From Bacteroidales bacterium (GTDB taxonomy: Bacteria > Bacteroidota > Bacteroidia > Bacteroidales > F082), in assembly GCA_017561025.1 (NCBI GenBank), contig JAFZDU010000074.1:7603-71602 (forward strand): DNA of 64,000 bases. The letters run 5' to 3'. Position 1 is the first letter of the stretch. Each line of letters opens with the position of its first letter. Positions 8,482 to 20,100 of the stretch are shown one piece after another. The position numbers and the translations under genes were made by a program. Below the pieces are notes generated by a model. The model had not been told where the DNA came from and made no database searches. It saw only the letters and a program-made list of their open reading frames with translations.

Positions 8482-10407
8482 ATGGCAAAAATAAAATCAT
8501 TAGCAGAACTGAGAGCTTTGAAAGAAAAGTTTCAGTCTAATATTGACCTTCGTGAGAAGAGTGAAAACCCAGAAGCTTTGATTCAGACTAAAGATGCCAT
8601 GGCTGATAGTGAAGTTGGAAAGATTAAAATGCATGTGCTTTGCTGCGGCGGCACAGGATGTAAGTCATCAGCAAGTGACGAAATCGTTGCGAACTTTAAC
8701 ACCATATTAGAAGAAAAAGGTTTGCAAGAAGAAGTCATGGTTATCAAGACTGGTTGTTTTGGTTTCTGTGAAAAGGGACCTATAGTAAAAATGATACCTG
8801 ACAATACGTTTTACACTCAAGTAAAACCTGAAGATGTTAGAAGCATTGTTGAGGAACATATTATGCAAGGTTGCAAAGTGAAGGATCTCCTTTATGTAGA
8901 CCCTGAGACAAACGAACATGTCGAAGACTCTAAACATATGGGATTCTACAAGAAACAGCTTCGTATAGCTTTGCGTAACTGCGGTTTCATCAATCCTGAA
9001 GATATCCATGAATTTATTTCACGCGAAGGATATCTCGGTTTAGGCAAGGTCTTGACAGAGATGACACCACAGGAAGTCATTTCAGAAGTTACAGCATCAG
9101 GACTTCGCGGTAGAGGTGGCGCTGGTTTCCCAACAGGCGTTAAATGGGGTCTCTGCGCTAAGAATGAGGCTGACCAGAAATATGTAGTATGTAATGCTGA
9201 CGAAGGCGACCCGGGTGCATTCATGGACCGTTCTATCATGGAAGGTGACCCTCACTCAATCATCGAAGCTATGGCAATTTGCGGCTATGCAATCGGTGCA
9301 ACAAAAGGTCTTGTATATATCCGTGCAGAATATCCTCTCGCTATCGAACGTTTGCAGATAGCATTAGGTCAAGCTAGAGAATATGGTTTGTTAGGAACAG
9401 ACATCATGGGCAGCGGCTTCGACTTCGATATCGAGTTGCGTTATGGTGCAGGCGCTTTCGTTTGCGGTGAGGAGACAGCTCTCATCCACTCAATGGAAGG
9501 CCAACGTGGTGAACCTACTTTCAAACCGCCATTCCCAGCAGTGTCAGGTTATTTGAATAAACCAACTAACGTTAACAACGTTGAAACATTCGCTAACATT
9601 CCAATCATTATCACTAAAGGTGCAGATTGGTTTGCAAGCATAGGCTCAGAAAAATCAAAAGGAACAAAAGTATTCGCATTGGCAGGTCAAATCAACAACG
9701 TTGGTTTGATTGAAGTACCAATGGGAACAACACTCCGTGATATAGTATTTGAAATCGGTGGCGGTATCAAGAACAACCGTCAGTTCAAGGCTGTTCAGAC
9801 AGGTGGTCCTTCAGGCGGCTGCTTGACAAGCAAGCACTTGGATACTCCTATTGACTATGAAAGCTTGATGGCAGCAGGTTCAATGATGGGTTCAGGCGGT
9901 ATGGTCGTCATGGACGAGACATCATGTATGGTTGCTATAGCTAAGTTCTACCTTGAATTTACTTGCGAAGAAAGCTGCGGTAAATGTACACCATGCCGTG
10001 TTGGTAACAAACGTATGCTCGAGATTCTCGACAAAATTACCAAAGGCAACGGAACAATGCAAGACCTTCAAGAGTTGCGTAACCTCGCTGATGTTATCAA
10101 AGATACAGCATTGTGCGGTTTAGGTCAGACATCACCAAACCCAATCCTCTCTACATTAGACAACTTCTGGGATGAATACGTAGAACACGTCGTTGACAAG
10201 AAATGTCGCGCTGGCGCATGTAAGTCATTGATGAGCTACGAAATCGATCCTGCTAAGTGTATAGGCTGTGGCGCATGTAAACGCGTATGTCCACAAGACG
10301 CTATCTCAGGAGAAAAGAAGATGGCACATCACATCGATAACCTCAAGTGTATCAAGTGCGGTGCATGTTATGAAAAATGTAAGTTCGGTGCAATCTCTAT
10401 CAAATAA
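8482..10407 (+). CDS. hydB: [FeFe]-hydrogenase NADH-binding flavoprotein subunit (HydB, NuoF-like)
   Basis: N-terminal thioredoxin-like 2Fe-2S (CCGGTGCKSS...GCFGFCEKGP). NuoF core GRGGAGFPTG and GAGAFVCGEETAL. 4Fe-4S CGKCTPCRVG. Two C-terminal ferredoxin motifs CIGCGACKRVCP and CIKCGACYEKC. Confidence 0.9.
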   Translation: MAKIKSLAELRALKEKFQSNIDLREKSENPEALIQTKDAMADSEVGKIKMHVLCCGGTGCKSSASDEIVANFNTILEEKGLQEEVMVIKTGCFGFCEKGPIVKMIPDNTFYTQVKPEDVRSIVEEHIMQGCKVKDLLYVDPETNEHVEDSKHMGFYKKQLRIALRNCGFINPEDIHEFISREGYLGLGKVLTEMTPQEVISEVTASGLRGRGGAGFPTGVKWGLCAKNEADQKYVVCNADEGDPGAFMDRSIMEGDPHSIIEAMAICGYAIGATKGLVYIRAEYPLAIERLQIALGQAREYGLLGTDIMGSGFDFDIELRYGAGAFVCGEETALIHSMEGQRGEPTFKPPFPAVSGYLNKPTNVNNVETFANIPIIITKGADWFASIGSEKSKGTKVFALAGQINNVGLIEVPMGTTLRDIVFEIGGGIKNNRQFKAVQTGGPSGGCLTSKHLDTPIDYESLMAAGSMMGSGGMVVMDETSCMVAIAKFYLEFTCEESCGKCTPCRVGNKRMLEILDKITKGNGTMQDLQELRNLADVIKDTALCGLGQTSPNPILSTLDNFWDEYVEHVVDKKCRAGACKSLMSYEIDPAKCIGCGACKRVCPQDAISGEKKMAHHIDNLKCIKCGACYEKCKFGAISIK

Positions 10408-10427
10408 TATTAGAAAGGAACATAAAA

Positions 10428-12212
10428 ATGATAAAACTCACTATAGATAACAGACCGGTTGAAGTTGCAGAAGGCACAACTATTTTAAAGGCAGCTCGCC
10501 AAGCCGGCATTCATATTCCTACCCTATGTTATTTTGAATTGGCAGGAATGAATTTTGAAAACAAACCTGGCGGTTGCCGTGTCTGTGTAGTAGAAGTCGT
10601 AAAAGACTTCAACGGCAGACCACGTCGTAACCTCGCTCCAGCATGTGCTACCGAATGTGTTGAAGGCATGGAAGTGTTGACACACTCACAACGCGTCATC
10701 AACGCTCGTCGCACAGTCGTTGAGTTGATTCTCTCCGACCACCCAACAGATTGTCTCACCTGCGCTAAGTCAGGACAATGCGAATTGCAGACATTGGCAC
10801 AAACACTCGGTATCCGCGAGATACCTTACAAAGGCGAACAATCAACATATCGCGTCGATATGTCACCTTCAATCATCCGTGATGTCGACAAATGTATCAT
10901 GTGCCGTCGTTGCGAAAACGTATGTAACAATATCCAAAGCGTTGGTGCATTGTCAGCAGTGAACCGTGGCTTCCAAGCAGTAGTAGCTCCTGCTTTCGAA
11001 CAAGACATGGTCGACTCACCATGCGTAATGTGCGGTCAATGTGTTCAAGTATGTCCTGTAGGAGCCTTGAGCGAAGTAGACGATACACGCAAGGTCATGA
11101 TGGCTATCAACGATCCTAAGAAGACTGTCGTCGTACAAACTGCTCCAGCAGTACGCGTCGCTATAGGTGAAGAATTCGGCATGGAACCTGGAACAATAGT
11201 AACAGGACAGCTCGCAGCAGTATTGCGTCAGCTCGGATTCGACTACGTATTCGATACAGACTTCGCAGCCGACTTGACAATCATGGAAGAAGGTACAGAA
11301 TTGCTCGATCGTATCAAGAGATTTACAGAAGGCGATAAATCAGTTCGTCTCCCAATATTGACATCATGCTGCCCTGGATGGGTCAACTTCTTCGAACATA
11401 ACTTCCCAGATATGCTCGACGTCCCATCAACAGCAAAATCACCACAACAGATGTTCGGCGCTATAGCTAAGAGCTACTGGACAGAAAAAATGAATATCAA
11501 ACGTGAAGACTTGGTAGTGGTTTCTATCATGCCATGTCTCGCTAAAAAATACGAATGCAAACGTGAAGAGTTCTACGTAAACGGCAACCCTGACGTTGAC
11601 TACGTTCTCTCAACACGTGAGTTGGCTCGCTTGATAAAACAATTCAACTTAGACCTTAATGAAATGCCAACAGCCGACTTCGACGATCCTCTCGGCGAAT
11701 CAACAGGTGCAGCTGTCATCTTCGGCGTAACAGGCGGCGTTATCGAAGCAGCAACTCGTACAGCTTACGAAGTGTTCACAGGCAAGAAACTTGATAAGAT
11801 TGAATTCACAGAACTCCGTGGCCTCGAAGGCATCCGCGACGCTTGGGTCGACTTCAACGGAACTCCAATCCATATCGGTATCGCTCACGGTCTTAAGAAT
11901 GCTCGTACATTGCTCGAAAGAGTACGTAAAGGCGAAGAACAATTCCACGCTATAGAAGTCATGGCATGTCCTGGCGGATGTATCGGCGGAGCAGGCCAAC
12001 CTTACCACCACGGCAACAGCGATATCATCAAGAAACGCTTCGATGCTACTTACGAAGAAGATCGCAACAAACCTATCCGTAAGTCACACGAAAATCCATC
12101 AGTCATCAAGTTGTATAAGGAATTTCTTGGAGAACCATGTGGACATAAATCACATGAACTGTTACATACACACTATTTCGACAAATCAGACCATGTCGAG
12201 ATTGGCGAATGA
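10428..12212 (+). CDS. hydA: [FeFe]-hydrogenase catalytic subunit HydA
   Basis: N-terminal 2Fe-2S and 4Fe-4S clusters. H-cluster signatures TSCCPGWV, MPCLAKKYE and ACPGGCIGGAGQP. Confidence 0.93.
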   Translation: MIKLTIDNRPVEVAEGTTILKAARQAGIHIPTLCYFELAGMNFENKPGGCRVCVVEVVKDFNGRPRRNLAPACATECVEGMEVLTHSQRVINARRTVVELILSDHPTDCLTCAKSGQCELQTLAQTLGIREIPYKGEQSTYRVDMSPSIIRDVDKCIMCRRCENVCNNIQSVGALSAVNRGFQAVVAPAFEQDMVDSPCVMCGQCVQVCPVGALSEVDDTRKVMMAINDPKKTVVVQTAPAVRVAIGEEFGMEPGTIVTGQLAAVLRQLGFDYVFDTDFAADLTIMEEGTELLDRIKRFTEGDKSVRLPILTSCCPGWVNFFEHNFPDMLDVPSTAKSPQQMFGAIAKSYWTEKMNIKREDLVVVSIMPCLAKKYECKREEFYVNGNPDVDYVLSTRELARLIKQFNLDLNEMPTADFDDPLGESTGAAVIFGVTGGVIEAATRTAYEVFTGKKLDKIEFTELRGLEGIRDAWVDFNGTPIHIGIAHGLKNARTLLERVRKGEEQFHAIEVMACPGGCIGGAGQPYHHGNSDIIKKRFDATYEEDRNKPIRKSHENPSVIKLYKEFLGEPCGHKSHELLHTHYFDKSDHVEIGE

Positions 12213-12249
12213 AAAGTGTTATTTGTTTAATGATTAAAAAGTAAATATT

Positions 12250-12729
12250 ATGGCAGTTATAAAATTATCAGAATCCAAGATAAACTTCGTAAAGGATATA
12301 TGCAAGCAGTTCAACAATAATGGTGGCGAAGTCATCAACGTGCTCCATAAAGTACAAGGTGAATTCGGATACCTTTCAGCAGAAGTACAAGAATTGGTTG
12401 CAGAAGAATTACATATCCCTGTAGCAAGAGTTTATGGTATCGTTTCATTCTACTCATTCTTTACCATGACACCAAAAGGCCGCTTCCCAATATCAGTATG
12501 TTTGGGTACAGCATGCTACGTACGCGGTGCAGAGAAAGTCATCGATGAATTGAAACGTCAGCTCGCAGTACAAGTAGGCGGCACAACAGAAGACGGCAAG
12601 TTCTCATTGAACTGCTTACGCTGTGTCGGCGCCTGCGGCTTGGCACCAGTCATGATGATTGGCGACAAGGTATACGGCCGTGTAACACCAGATAAGGTAG
12701 CTGGTATCTTGGCAGAATACAATAATTGA
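12250..12729 (+). CDS. hydC: [FeFe]-hydrogenase 2Fe-2S subunit (HydC, NuoE-like)
   Basis: 159 aa with the NuoE-type cysteines CLGTACYVRG ... CLRCVGACGLAP. Confidence 0.85.
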   Translation: MAVIKLSESKINFVKDICKQFNNNGGEVINVLHKVQGEFGYLSAEVQELVAEELHIPVARVYGIVSFYSFFTMTPKGRFPISVCLGTACYVRGAEKVIDELKRQLAVQVGGTTEDGKFSLNCLRCVGACGLAPVMMIGDKVYGRVTPDKVAGILAEYNN

Positions 12730-12753
12730 GAATTATAAAAAACTCATAATTAT

Positions 12754-12789
12754 AGAACCTCGGAATCTTTTTCTGGGGTTCTTTTTTTT
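12754..12789 (+). terminator. Intrinsic terminator after hydC
   Basis: AGAACC..GGTTCT imperfect stem followed by T8. Confidence 0.5.
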
Positions 12790-12816
12790 GTTCAGGAATT
12801 CAGGAGTTCAGGAGTT
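12790..12816. repeat. Octamer word run GTTCAGGA ATTCAGGA GTTCAGGA
   Basis: Directly follows the hydC terminator. Confidence 0.8.
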
Positions 12817-12826
12817 TGTGGTGTTC

Positions 12827-12881
12827 GGTGCCTGAGCCTGTCGAAGGCACAATGTTCAGCGCTTCGACAAGATTTGCGACC
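12827..12881 (+). repeat. ~53-nt hairpin element, copy A (GGTGCCTGAGCCTGTCGAAGGCAC...CTTCGACAAG)
   Basis: About 80% identical to 40021-40073, same orientation. Confidence 0.8.
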
Positions 12882-12934
12882 GAATTCAAAAAAATCCTAA
12901 CGCCATCACCACATTACTTCATCACTAAAAAAAA

Positions 12935-12966
12935 CTTGTTGTCTTGAGTCTTGTAGACTTGTTGTC
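12935..12966. repeat. Octamer word run CTTGTTGT CTTGAGT CTTGTAGA CTTGTTGT
   Basis: Ends 9 nt before the -7 box of 12987. It is the reverse complement of the GACAACAA/GACTACAA family. Confidence 0.8.
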
Positions 12967-12974
12967 TTTTTTTA

Positions 12975-12982
12975 TATATTTG
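12975..12982 (+). promoter_or_regulatory. -7 box TATATTTG for 12987/13005
   Basis: Exact match only 4 nt before ATG 12987, which favours the downstream start at 13005. Confidence 0.45.
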
Positions 12983-12986
12983 TGAC

Positions 12987-14750
12987 ATGAAAAAATATCT
13001 AGTTATGAGAAAGATTGCATTAGTTACCATGTTGCTGTCAGCCTTAGTGTCTGGCGGTTTGAAAGCTCAGAGTTTCGTATCGACAGAGACACAGAAAAGA
13101 AATGTCCTTCTTGAAGAATATACCGGCAAAAACTGCAGCTGGTGCCCTGAAGGTCAGATGACAGCCAACGCTCTTGTTAGAAACAACCCAGGAAGAGTGT
13201 TCCTCGTTAACATCCATGGCGGTCCTTTTTCTCCAACAACAGATCCTAACCTCAACACCGACGACGGCACCAAAATGGTCGAGGATTACGGCATTACAGC
13301 TTATCCTGCAGGCTTCGTCAACAGAACTTCATTCTATGAAATAGCCCGCGAACAGTGGTCGGCTTATACCATGCGCCAGCTTCAACAAACAGCCGAATGT
13401 AATATTGATGGTCAGGTGATAATAGATCCAGCATCACGCATGGCGACAATAACAGTAGAGATATATTACACTGCAGATAGCAAAGAGTCGTTCAACTACC
13501 TCACAATCGCTATGTTACAAGATAACATCATGGGCGACCAGGCAGGTGGCAGCGCCAACCCAGAACAATATGTCAACGGAGAATATCGTCATATGCATAT
13601 CATGCGCGACATCATAACTCCTACATGGGGCGAGACAATCAGTCCGACAACAGCAGGAACTCTTATCACTAAGACATATTCTTACCCAATACCTCAAGTC
13701 ATAGGCGACCCTTACGGAGTGGAGGCGGTGTTGGAAGATCTCTCATTCGTGGCATTCGTTTCTGAAAGCGACGACGGAATCCAGACATGTCCTGTGCTTA
13801 ACGTCAATGAGTTGATAACAGTAATTGACAATGATGAGAATATTGCTCCTGTAATAAGCAAGGCATATCAAAAGTCAACAATATCATGTTCTGAACAAAA
13901 TGTATTATGCACAAATATCGTCAACGCTGGCAAAGAAGAAATTACCTCCTTATTGATAAAGGTGTCGACGGCAAATAATGAAGATGAATTCTTGTGGGAA
14001 GGCAATCTTCAATCTTATCATGAAATTTTGATTGAAAGCGATATCGACCTTTCAGCAGGTGATGAGGTTACAGTGGAAATTCTCGAGGTGAATGGCGAAG
14101 AATATCATTACGTAAAAACAGCGAAGATGATAATTGGAGAATGGCAGGATATTGAACTTAATGCTGAAGAAGAAACTTTCACTATTGAAGTGGTACAAGA
14201 TAAATACGGAAATCAGATTGAATGGTTCGCCTTGACAGCGGACTATGAAGTATTGGCATCAGGTGGTCCTTATCAGATGCTTTCACAACCTGGAACAGAG
14301 ATGCATCAGGTTGAGTTGACAGTGAAGGGCGGCGACTGCTTCAAGTTCGTCATCACCGATGCTGGCGGAAACGGTATCAGCGGTAACAACGGCGAAGGAT
14401 ATTACAGAATACTCAATTCCAACGGTGATGTCATCGTTGATGGCAGCGGCGACTTTGGTGCAGAAGCATCTCATCTTTTGTCTATAAACTTTAATGGAAC
14501 AAGTATAAATGAAACTGTAGATAATAATGTCAAGATTTATCCTAACCCTACACGTAATGAAGTCATGGTACAATGTGACGGAATGAAGAAGATAAGTCTT
14601 GCAACAGTCAGCGGACAGACTCTCGATGAAATGAATGTCGATGCCGACAAATATACACTCGACATGAGAAGTTACAATCCTGGAGTATATTTCATAAATG
14701 TAACTACAGAAAATAGAAATTTCGTAATTAAAGTCCTCAGAACTAACTAA
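12987..14750 (+). CDS. T9SS-sorted Omp28-like CxxC protein (modules A-B-C-CTD)
   Basis: Signal peptide. LLEEYTGKNCSWCPEG motif and the conserved Y.HMH..R...T..WG..I.PTTAG block. VQDKYGNQIEW module. IYPNPTRNEVMV...GVYFINV C-terminal domain. The -7 box at 12975-12982 suggests the true start is ATG 13005 (MRKIALV). Confidence 0.75.
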   Translation: MKKYLVMRKIALVTMLLSALVSGGLKAQSFVSTETQKRNVLLEEYTGKNCSWCPEGQMTANALVRNNPGRVFLVNIHGGPFSPTTDPNLNTDDGTKMVEDYGITAYPAGFVNRTSFYEIAREQWSAYTMRQLQQTAECNIDGQVIIDPASRMATITVEIYYTADSKESFNYLTIAMLQDNIMGDQAGGSANPEQYVNGEYRHMHIMRDIITPTWGETISPTTAGTLITKTYSYPIPQVIGDPYGVEAVLEDLSFVAFVSESDDGIQTCPVLNVNELITVIDNDENIAPVISKAYQKSTISCSEQNVLCTNIVNAGKEEITSLLIKVSTANNEDEFLWEGNLQSYHEILIESDIDLSAGDEVTVEILEVNGEEYHYVKTAKMIIGEWQDIELNAEEETFTIEVVQDKYGNQIEWFALTADYEVLASGGPYQMLSQPGTEMHQVELTVKGGDCFKFVITDAGGNGISGNNGEGYYRILNSNGDVIVDGSGDFGAEASHLLSINFNGTSINETVDNNVKIYPNPTRNEVMVQCDGMKKISLATVSGQTLDEMNVDADKYTLDMRSYNPGVYFINVTTENRNFVIKVLRTN

Positions 14751-14768
14751 TAAGAACTATTATAAAAC

Positions 14769-16883
14769 ATGAGAAAAAAATCTATCATTTTAGCATTGAT
14801 ATCGATGCTGTTTTTAACTAATAATCTTGTCGCTCAGGATTATGTCTCAACACAACCACAGAAGAGAAAAGCGTTGTTGGAAGAATTTACAGGAAGAAAC
14901 TGCCAGAACTGTCCTATGGGACACATGGTGGCAAACAATTTGGTGATTAACAATCCTGGTAATTTGTATGCAGTCAATGTTCACCTCGGACATTATTCTC
15001 CAACGAGTTACCCTAACTTTAATACGGATATGGGTGATGCTATCTATGGCGCTTTCGATATCACTGCTTATCCTCATGCTATTATAAATCGTACAACATC
15101 TTATAGTTTAAGTCGCGACCAATGGTATATCTATGTTAACGAACAATTGGCGCAGAATGCAGAATGTAACATCGATGGCGAGGTTATGATAGACCCTTCA
15201 ACACGTATGGCAAGCATCAACGTTGAGGTTTATTATACCGCTAACAGCAGTTCCAGCACCAACTATCTCAACATCTATATGTTGCAAGACAGTATCTGGG
15301 GCTCACAGGCTGGAGGTTCCGACAACCCTATGCAATATGAAAACGGATATTATTGCCACATGCATGTGCTTCGCGCTGCCTTGACACCAACATGGGGTGA
15401 TGCCATAAGTCCAACAACAGCGGGAACATTGATAAAGAAGACATATCAATATCAGATTCCACAGACGATAGGTTCTCCTAATGGCGTCGACGTAGACATC
15501 AACAACCTTACTTTCTTGGCATTCGTTACAGAGAAATACGACGGAACTCCAACACGACCAATCCTCAATGTCAAGGATTTGCATACATACCAAGGAACAT
15601 TGCTAAGTGTCTATCCTACTATAACTTCAATAGCACCATCAACAAAATTCCACTGTTCTAATGAAAAAGTCATCTCTGTGTCGGTGTATAATGCTGGCAT
15701 CAATAGCATCACATCAATGGAGATTGAAACTAGAGTCAACAATGGTTCTGTTGTTAAACACACTTGGGAAGGCGTGATACCATCACACGAGACCAAGGAA
15801 GTGGAAATTGAAGTTGAAGTGCCTGCTGGAAGCAGCAATGTAAGAGTCGAGATAGTTAAAGCCAACGACCAAGAGTTTGAGGAAGTTGCTAACACGACTG
15901 TACAGAATGATGGATGGGAAGAGATGGAAATTAACTCTGTTGAGGAGGAAGTCACAATTGAGATTATGCAGGACAAATACGGCAACCAGACCACATGGAA
16001 GCTCTTTGCATCCAATGGAAGTGTCATAACATCAGGCGGTCCTTATTCTATGTTGTCGGGAGCATCAGCAACGCAGTTGCATGAAATAAAGGTGAATATC
16101 TCTGCCGGCGAATGTATCAAGTTCGTCATTGAAGACGTGAACGGCAACGGCATCTGCTGTAACTATGGTGAAGGCTATTACAGAATCATCAATGCTAATG
16201 GCAATGTCGTTCTGGATGGAGACGGTGCTTTCGGAAGCAAGGCTGAGCATATCTTGTCTGTTGTTTATGATGAGATAGAGACAGAAAGTTTAGAGGCTCA
16301 GATTTGTGAAGGTGAGAGCTACACCGAATATGGATTTGAGTTTATTGAGCCAGCAGCTGGAACATATCACGAAACCAATCTTTACAACGGCATGCTTTAC
16401 ATCTTGGATCTCACTGTAGTTGCGAATCCGGTAGTCGTCATTGATGGAGCGACGACAATTGAGATAGGAGAGAGCGTTACCTTGACAGCAAGCGGTGCTG
16501 ATGCATACGTATGGTCTACGGGAGATAGCAGCGTTTCTATAACAGTAACGCCTGAAGAAACAACTACATATACTGTAGTGGGAACAAAAGACGGCTGCGA
16601 AGGAAGCGCCGAAATCACAGTAGAAGTGACAGTTGGTATAGGTGAAAATGAAACAATAGAAGCCAATATCTATCCTAATCCTACAAAAGACGAACTTATG
16701 ATAGAATGTCAAGGAATGAAAGAAATCACAGTCGTAATGCCAAACGGACAAGTCGTTGAGAAAATAAATGTAAGCGATGATAAATATGGGTTGGATATGA
16801 GCGATTACAGGTCAGGAATTTACTATGTGAAGATAATGACAAACGACAATAATGTTAGAGTCTATAAATCGGTAAGGATGTAA
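14769..16883 (+). CDS. T9SS-sorted Omp28-like CxxC protein (modules A-B-C-D-E-CTD)
   Basis: LLEEFTGRNCQNCPMGH, IMQDKYGNQTTW...GNGICCNYGEGYYRI, one ICEGESYTEYGF module, an SGADAYVWSTGDSS Ig-like module and IYPNPTKDELMIEC...GIYYVKI. Lies 18 nt after the previous ORF, so it is probably co-transcribed. Confidence 0.75.
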   Translation: MRKKSIILALISMLFLTNNLVAQDYVSTQPQKRKALLEEFTGRNCQNCPMGHMVANNLVINNPGNLYAVNVHLGHYSPTSYPNFNTDMGDAIYGAFDITAYPHAIINRTTSYSLSRDQWYIYVNEQLAQNAECNIDGEVMIDPSTRMASINVEVYYTANSSSSTNYLNIYMLQDSIWGSQAGGSDNPMQYENGYYCHMHVLRAALTPTWGDAISPTTAGTLIKKTYQYQIPQTIGSPNGVDVDINNLTFLAFVTEKYDGTPTRPILNVKDLHTYQGTLLSVYPTITSIAPSTKFHCSNEKVISVSVYNAGINSITSMEIETRVNNGSVVKHTWEGVIPSHETKEVEIEVEVPAGSSNVRVEIVKANDQEFEEVANTTVQNDGWEEMEINSVEEEVTIEIMQDKYGNQTTWKLFASNGSVITSGGPYSMLSGASATQLHEIKVNISAGECIKFVIEDVNGNGICCNYGEGYYRIINANGNVVLDGDGAFGSKAEHILSVVYDEIETESLEAQICEGESYTEYGFEFIEPAAGTYHETNLYNGMLYILDLTVVANPVVVIDGATTIEIGESVTLTASGADAYVWSTGDSSVSITVTPEETTTYTVVGTKDGCEGSAEITVEVTVGIGENETIEANIYPNPTKDELMIECQGMKEITVVMPNGQVVEKINVSDDKYGLDMSDYRSGIYYVKIMTNDNNVRVYKSVRM

Positions 16884-16916
16884 TTATAACATAGTTTGTA
16901 AACTACATTAAAATAA

Positions 16917-16948
16917 GGGAATACCATTGATTTGGTGTTCCTTTTTTT
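16917..16948 (+). terminator. Intrinsic terminator after 14769-16883
   Basis: GGAATACC/GGTGTTCC stem (one U-G) followed by T7. Confidence 0.65.
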
Positions 16949-17145
16949 ATTTAACAATTTTTTATCAACACATATTTATATTGTGGATTTTTTTGTATTT
17001 TAGCGCACTTTTTGGTTCTTATTAATAATGATTAATAACATGTTTTTTTGTGGTTGGAAGATTGTTGGGATATATTAGAATTTAATTGAGAAAACTATTA
17101 ACATAGTTCTATATAACACTTATTATTAACTAAATTTTAAATTTT

Positions 17146-20100
17146 ATGAAAAAGTTTTTAACTTTTTTGATGCTGATGGTGCTATTAGTGCCAAATGCAT
17201 TGCGAGCTGATGAGCTCATCATAGGAGAAGGTACTAACTCTACCAACAATGCTCCTTTTGCAAATTTTTACAGTAATTCATGGGTCGAGGCTATCTACCC
17301 AGCAAGTGAAATTGGTGAGTCAGGTCTTATCACATCAATTTCTTACTACAATGTCAGCCAAGGTTCTACTCTCAGCACTTATGACTTGAGAATTTACATG
17401 GCTGAGACAACTAAAAACACTATGTCAAGCACAAGCGACTGGACACCAATGGCTGATTTGGAATTAGTCTATGAGCATAACGATGTTGTGCTCGGTGGTG
17501 ATGCAGGATGGCAAAAATTCGAGTTGGACACACCTTATTTATATGAAGGTAAAGACAATCTCGTAGTTGTTGTTGCTAAGAAAACCTATGGCTATAGCGG
17601 AATGGCATGGCAATACACACCAACACCTAACACATGTTTGGTTCGTCGTAGCGACTTCTCTCCAGACAATTATGCAAACCACCCAGGAACAAATACAGAT
17701 TACACATGGGTGACAGACTTCAGATCTAACATTAAATTGGACTTCACTCCAAAAGCAGTTGATTGCTACAAAGTTTTATCATTAAACGTTGTAGAAACAG
17801 GAAAGAATACCATTACTATAGAATGGGAACCATATCCAGGACAATCAGAATGGGATGTTTTCGTTTCAATGACAGAAACACCTAACGAATTCACACAACC
17901 TACAGCAACAGTTTCAGAAACATCATACACTTTCACAGGCTTGAAAGGTTTCTCAAATTATAATGTTTACGTAAGAGGTAACTGCGGTTCATCAACAGGT
18001 AAATGGAAAGCTGCTAAGGCAAGTACAGACCCTGACTGGAACGGTGCAGGTACAGAAGAAGATCCATTCCTCATCTATTCAAGAAACGATTTATACATGC
18101 TTACAGTAAGTATGCAAAATGGTTTCAATACAGAAGGAAAATACTTCCTCCAAATGGCTGACATCGAAGGCATCGACTTCGCTATCGGTTCAGGTGCTAA
18201 ATTCCCATTTAGAGGCGTTTATGATGGTAACGGTTACTCAGTTGACCTTAACATCTATGGCAGCCACAACCAAGGTTTCTTCGAAACAGTTGGCGCTGGT
18301 ACAATCATCAGAAATCTTACAACAACAGGTAAGGTTGAATCACAATACTGGCAAACAGGCGGTGTCGTTGCTTACGTTGACTTATCAGCTGGCGTAGCAG
18401 AAGGCGGCCGTCACGTTGTTATTGAAAATTGCGTTAACAGAGCTAACCTCAAAAGTAATGACAACAATGTCGGTGGTATGCTCTCTGACTTCAACAGTAA
18501 TGGTACAGACTACCTTTACGTAAGAAATTGTGTCAACTACGGTACTATTACAGCTATTTCATCATCAAGTTATGCAGGTGGTATCGGCGGTAGAATGCAA
18601 AAAGACGCTGTTATCGAAAACTGTGTTAACTATGGTACTATCAATGGTCCATCATATATGGGCGGTATCATCGCTTATCCTAGAACAAACGTCAATATCA
18701 TCGACTGCTGCAACTACGGTGAAGTAAAAGGTACAGGCGAACGTATCGGCGGTATCTCTGGTTACAGCAGCGGCGGTAGCATCCATAACTGCTATAACGC
18801 AGGTACTGTAACAGGTAATAACTACATGGGTGGTATCATCGGTAGACTTAAGGCATCCTCAGAAAACCTTGGCGTTGTTTGCAATGTTTATAACGCAGGT
18901 GCTGTTGTAAGCTCTTCAAACAATACAGAAACAACAGGTGCTCTCGTAGGTTACAACGAAGGTGACTACTCAGTCGTTACAAATGCTTATTATTTAGAAG
19001 GTGTTTATGGCAATGCTTACGGTTCAACATGCAACGAAGCATTGATCAGCAATGTTTCTTCATTTACACAAGATGCAGAATTAGCATACAGATATCACTT
19101 GACAACAGCTGTTGAAGGAACAACAAACTTAGTAGCAGCATTGAACGCTTACGAAGGTTTAGGCAGCAACGAATGGTATGAAGATATCTATGGTAACTGC
19201 AAATATTTACCAACATTCAACATTGGCAACCCTCCAGGATTGGAATTCAATCCATCACCATTGGCAATGGGTCCACGTGCTATCGGCGCACAATTACACT
19301 CAGAAGTTGTTAAAGTAACTAACACAGGTTCTTTACCAATGGAAGTCACATTGTTAGAACTTGAAAGCGAAAGCTTCATTACATTTGACAATACAAAAGA
19401 AAACCCACAAGTTCCATTCATCCTTGAAGCAGGTAAGAGCGTTGATGTTTATATCACAACAAAATCTGACCCTTCAATTACTGCAAAAGAATACACAACA
19501 AGTATCGTTGCAATGTGGAACAACCAACGTACAGCATCAATCGGTACTATCACAGCTACAGCATACGTTCCAGCAGAAGGCGATGTAGTTGAAACAGCTA
19601 TCGCTGCAACAATGCCAATGAACGCTGCTGTTGACGGAACATCATTCGCTAACAACTACGAATTGCCAGGTTCAACACCAGACGCTTCTGACGTTGTTTA
19701 CGAAATCAATATTGACAAAGACGTATTGTTCAGCGCAGAAGTTGACGGCAACAATGCTAAAATCGCTCTCTATGCTGAAAACATGAACGGCGAATTATAT
19801 CCAAACACAGGAAACAACTATGTTGGTCCAGCAATCGCTCCAGTAGCAGACCTCGCATTCTTCTACTTCGGACAAGACGAATTCATTACACATTACGGTC
19901 AAGGTGCTAACGGTGCTAACGTATCAGCTATCTGCGGCAACTGTGTAAACTACGGTGCTAACTTAGTTCACCCTAGCAGAAGCATCGTCGATGACTTCTC
20001 ATCAGCAAAAGACATCGTCATCAACGAAATGGAATTCTTTGCATACCAAACAGGTTCAACAACAGAATCAACATTCACAGGCTTATACGTAAAGATCTAT

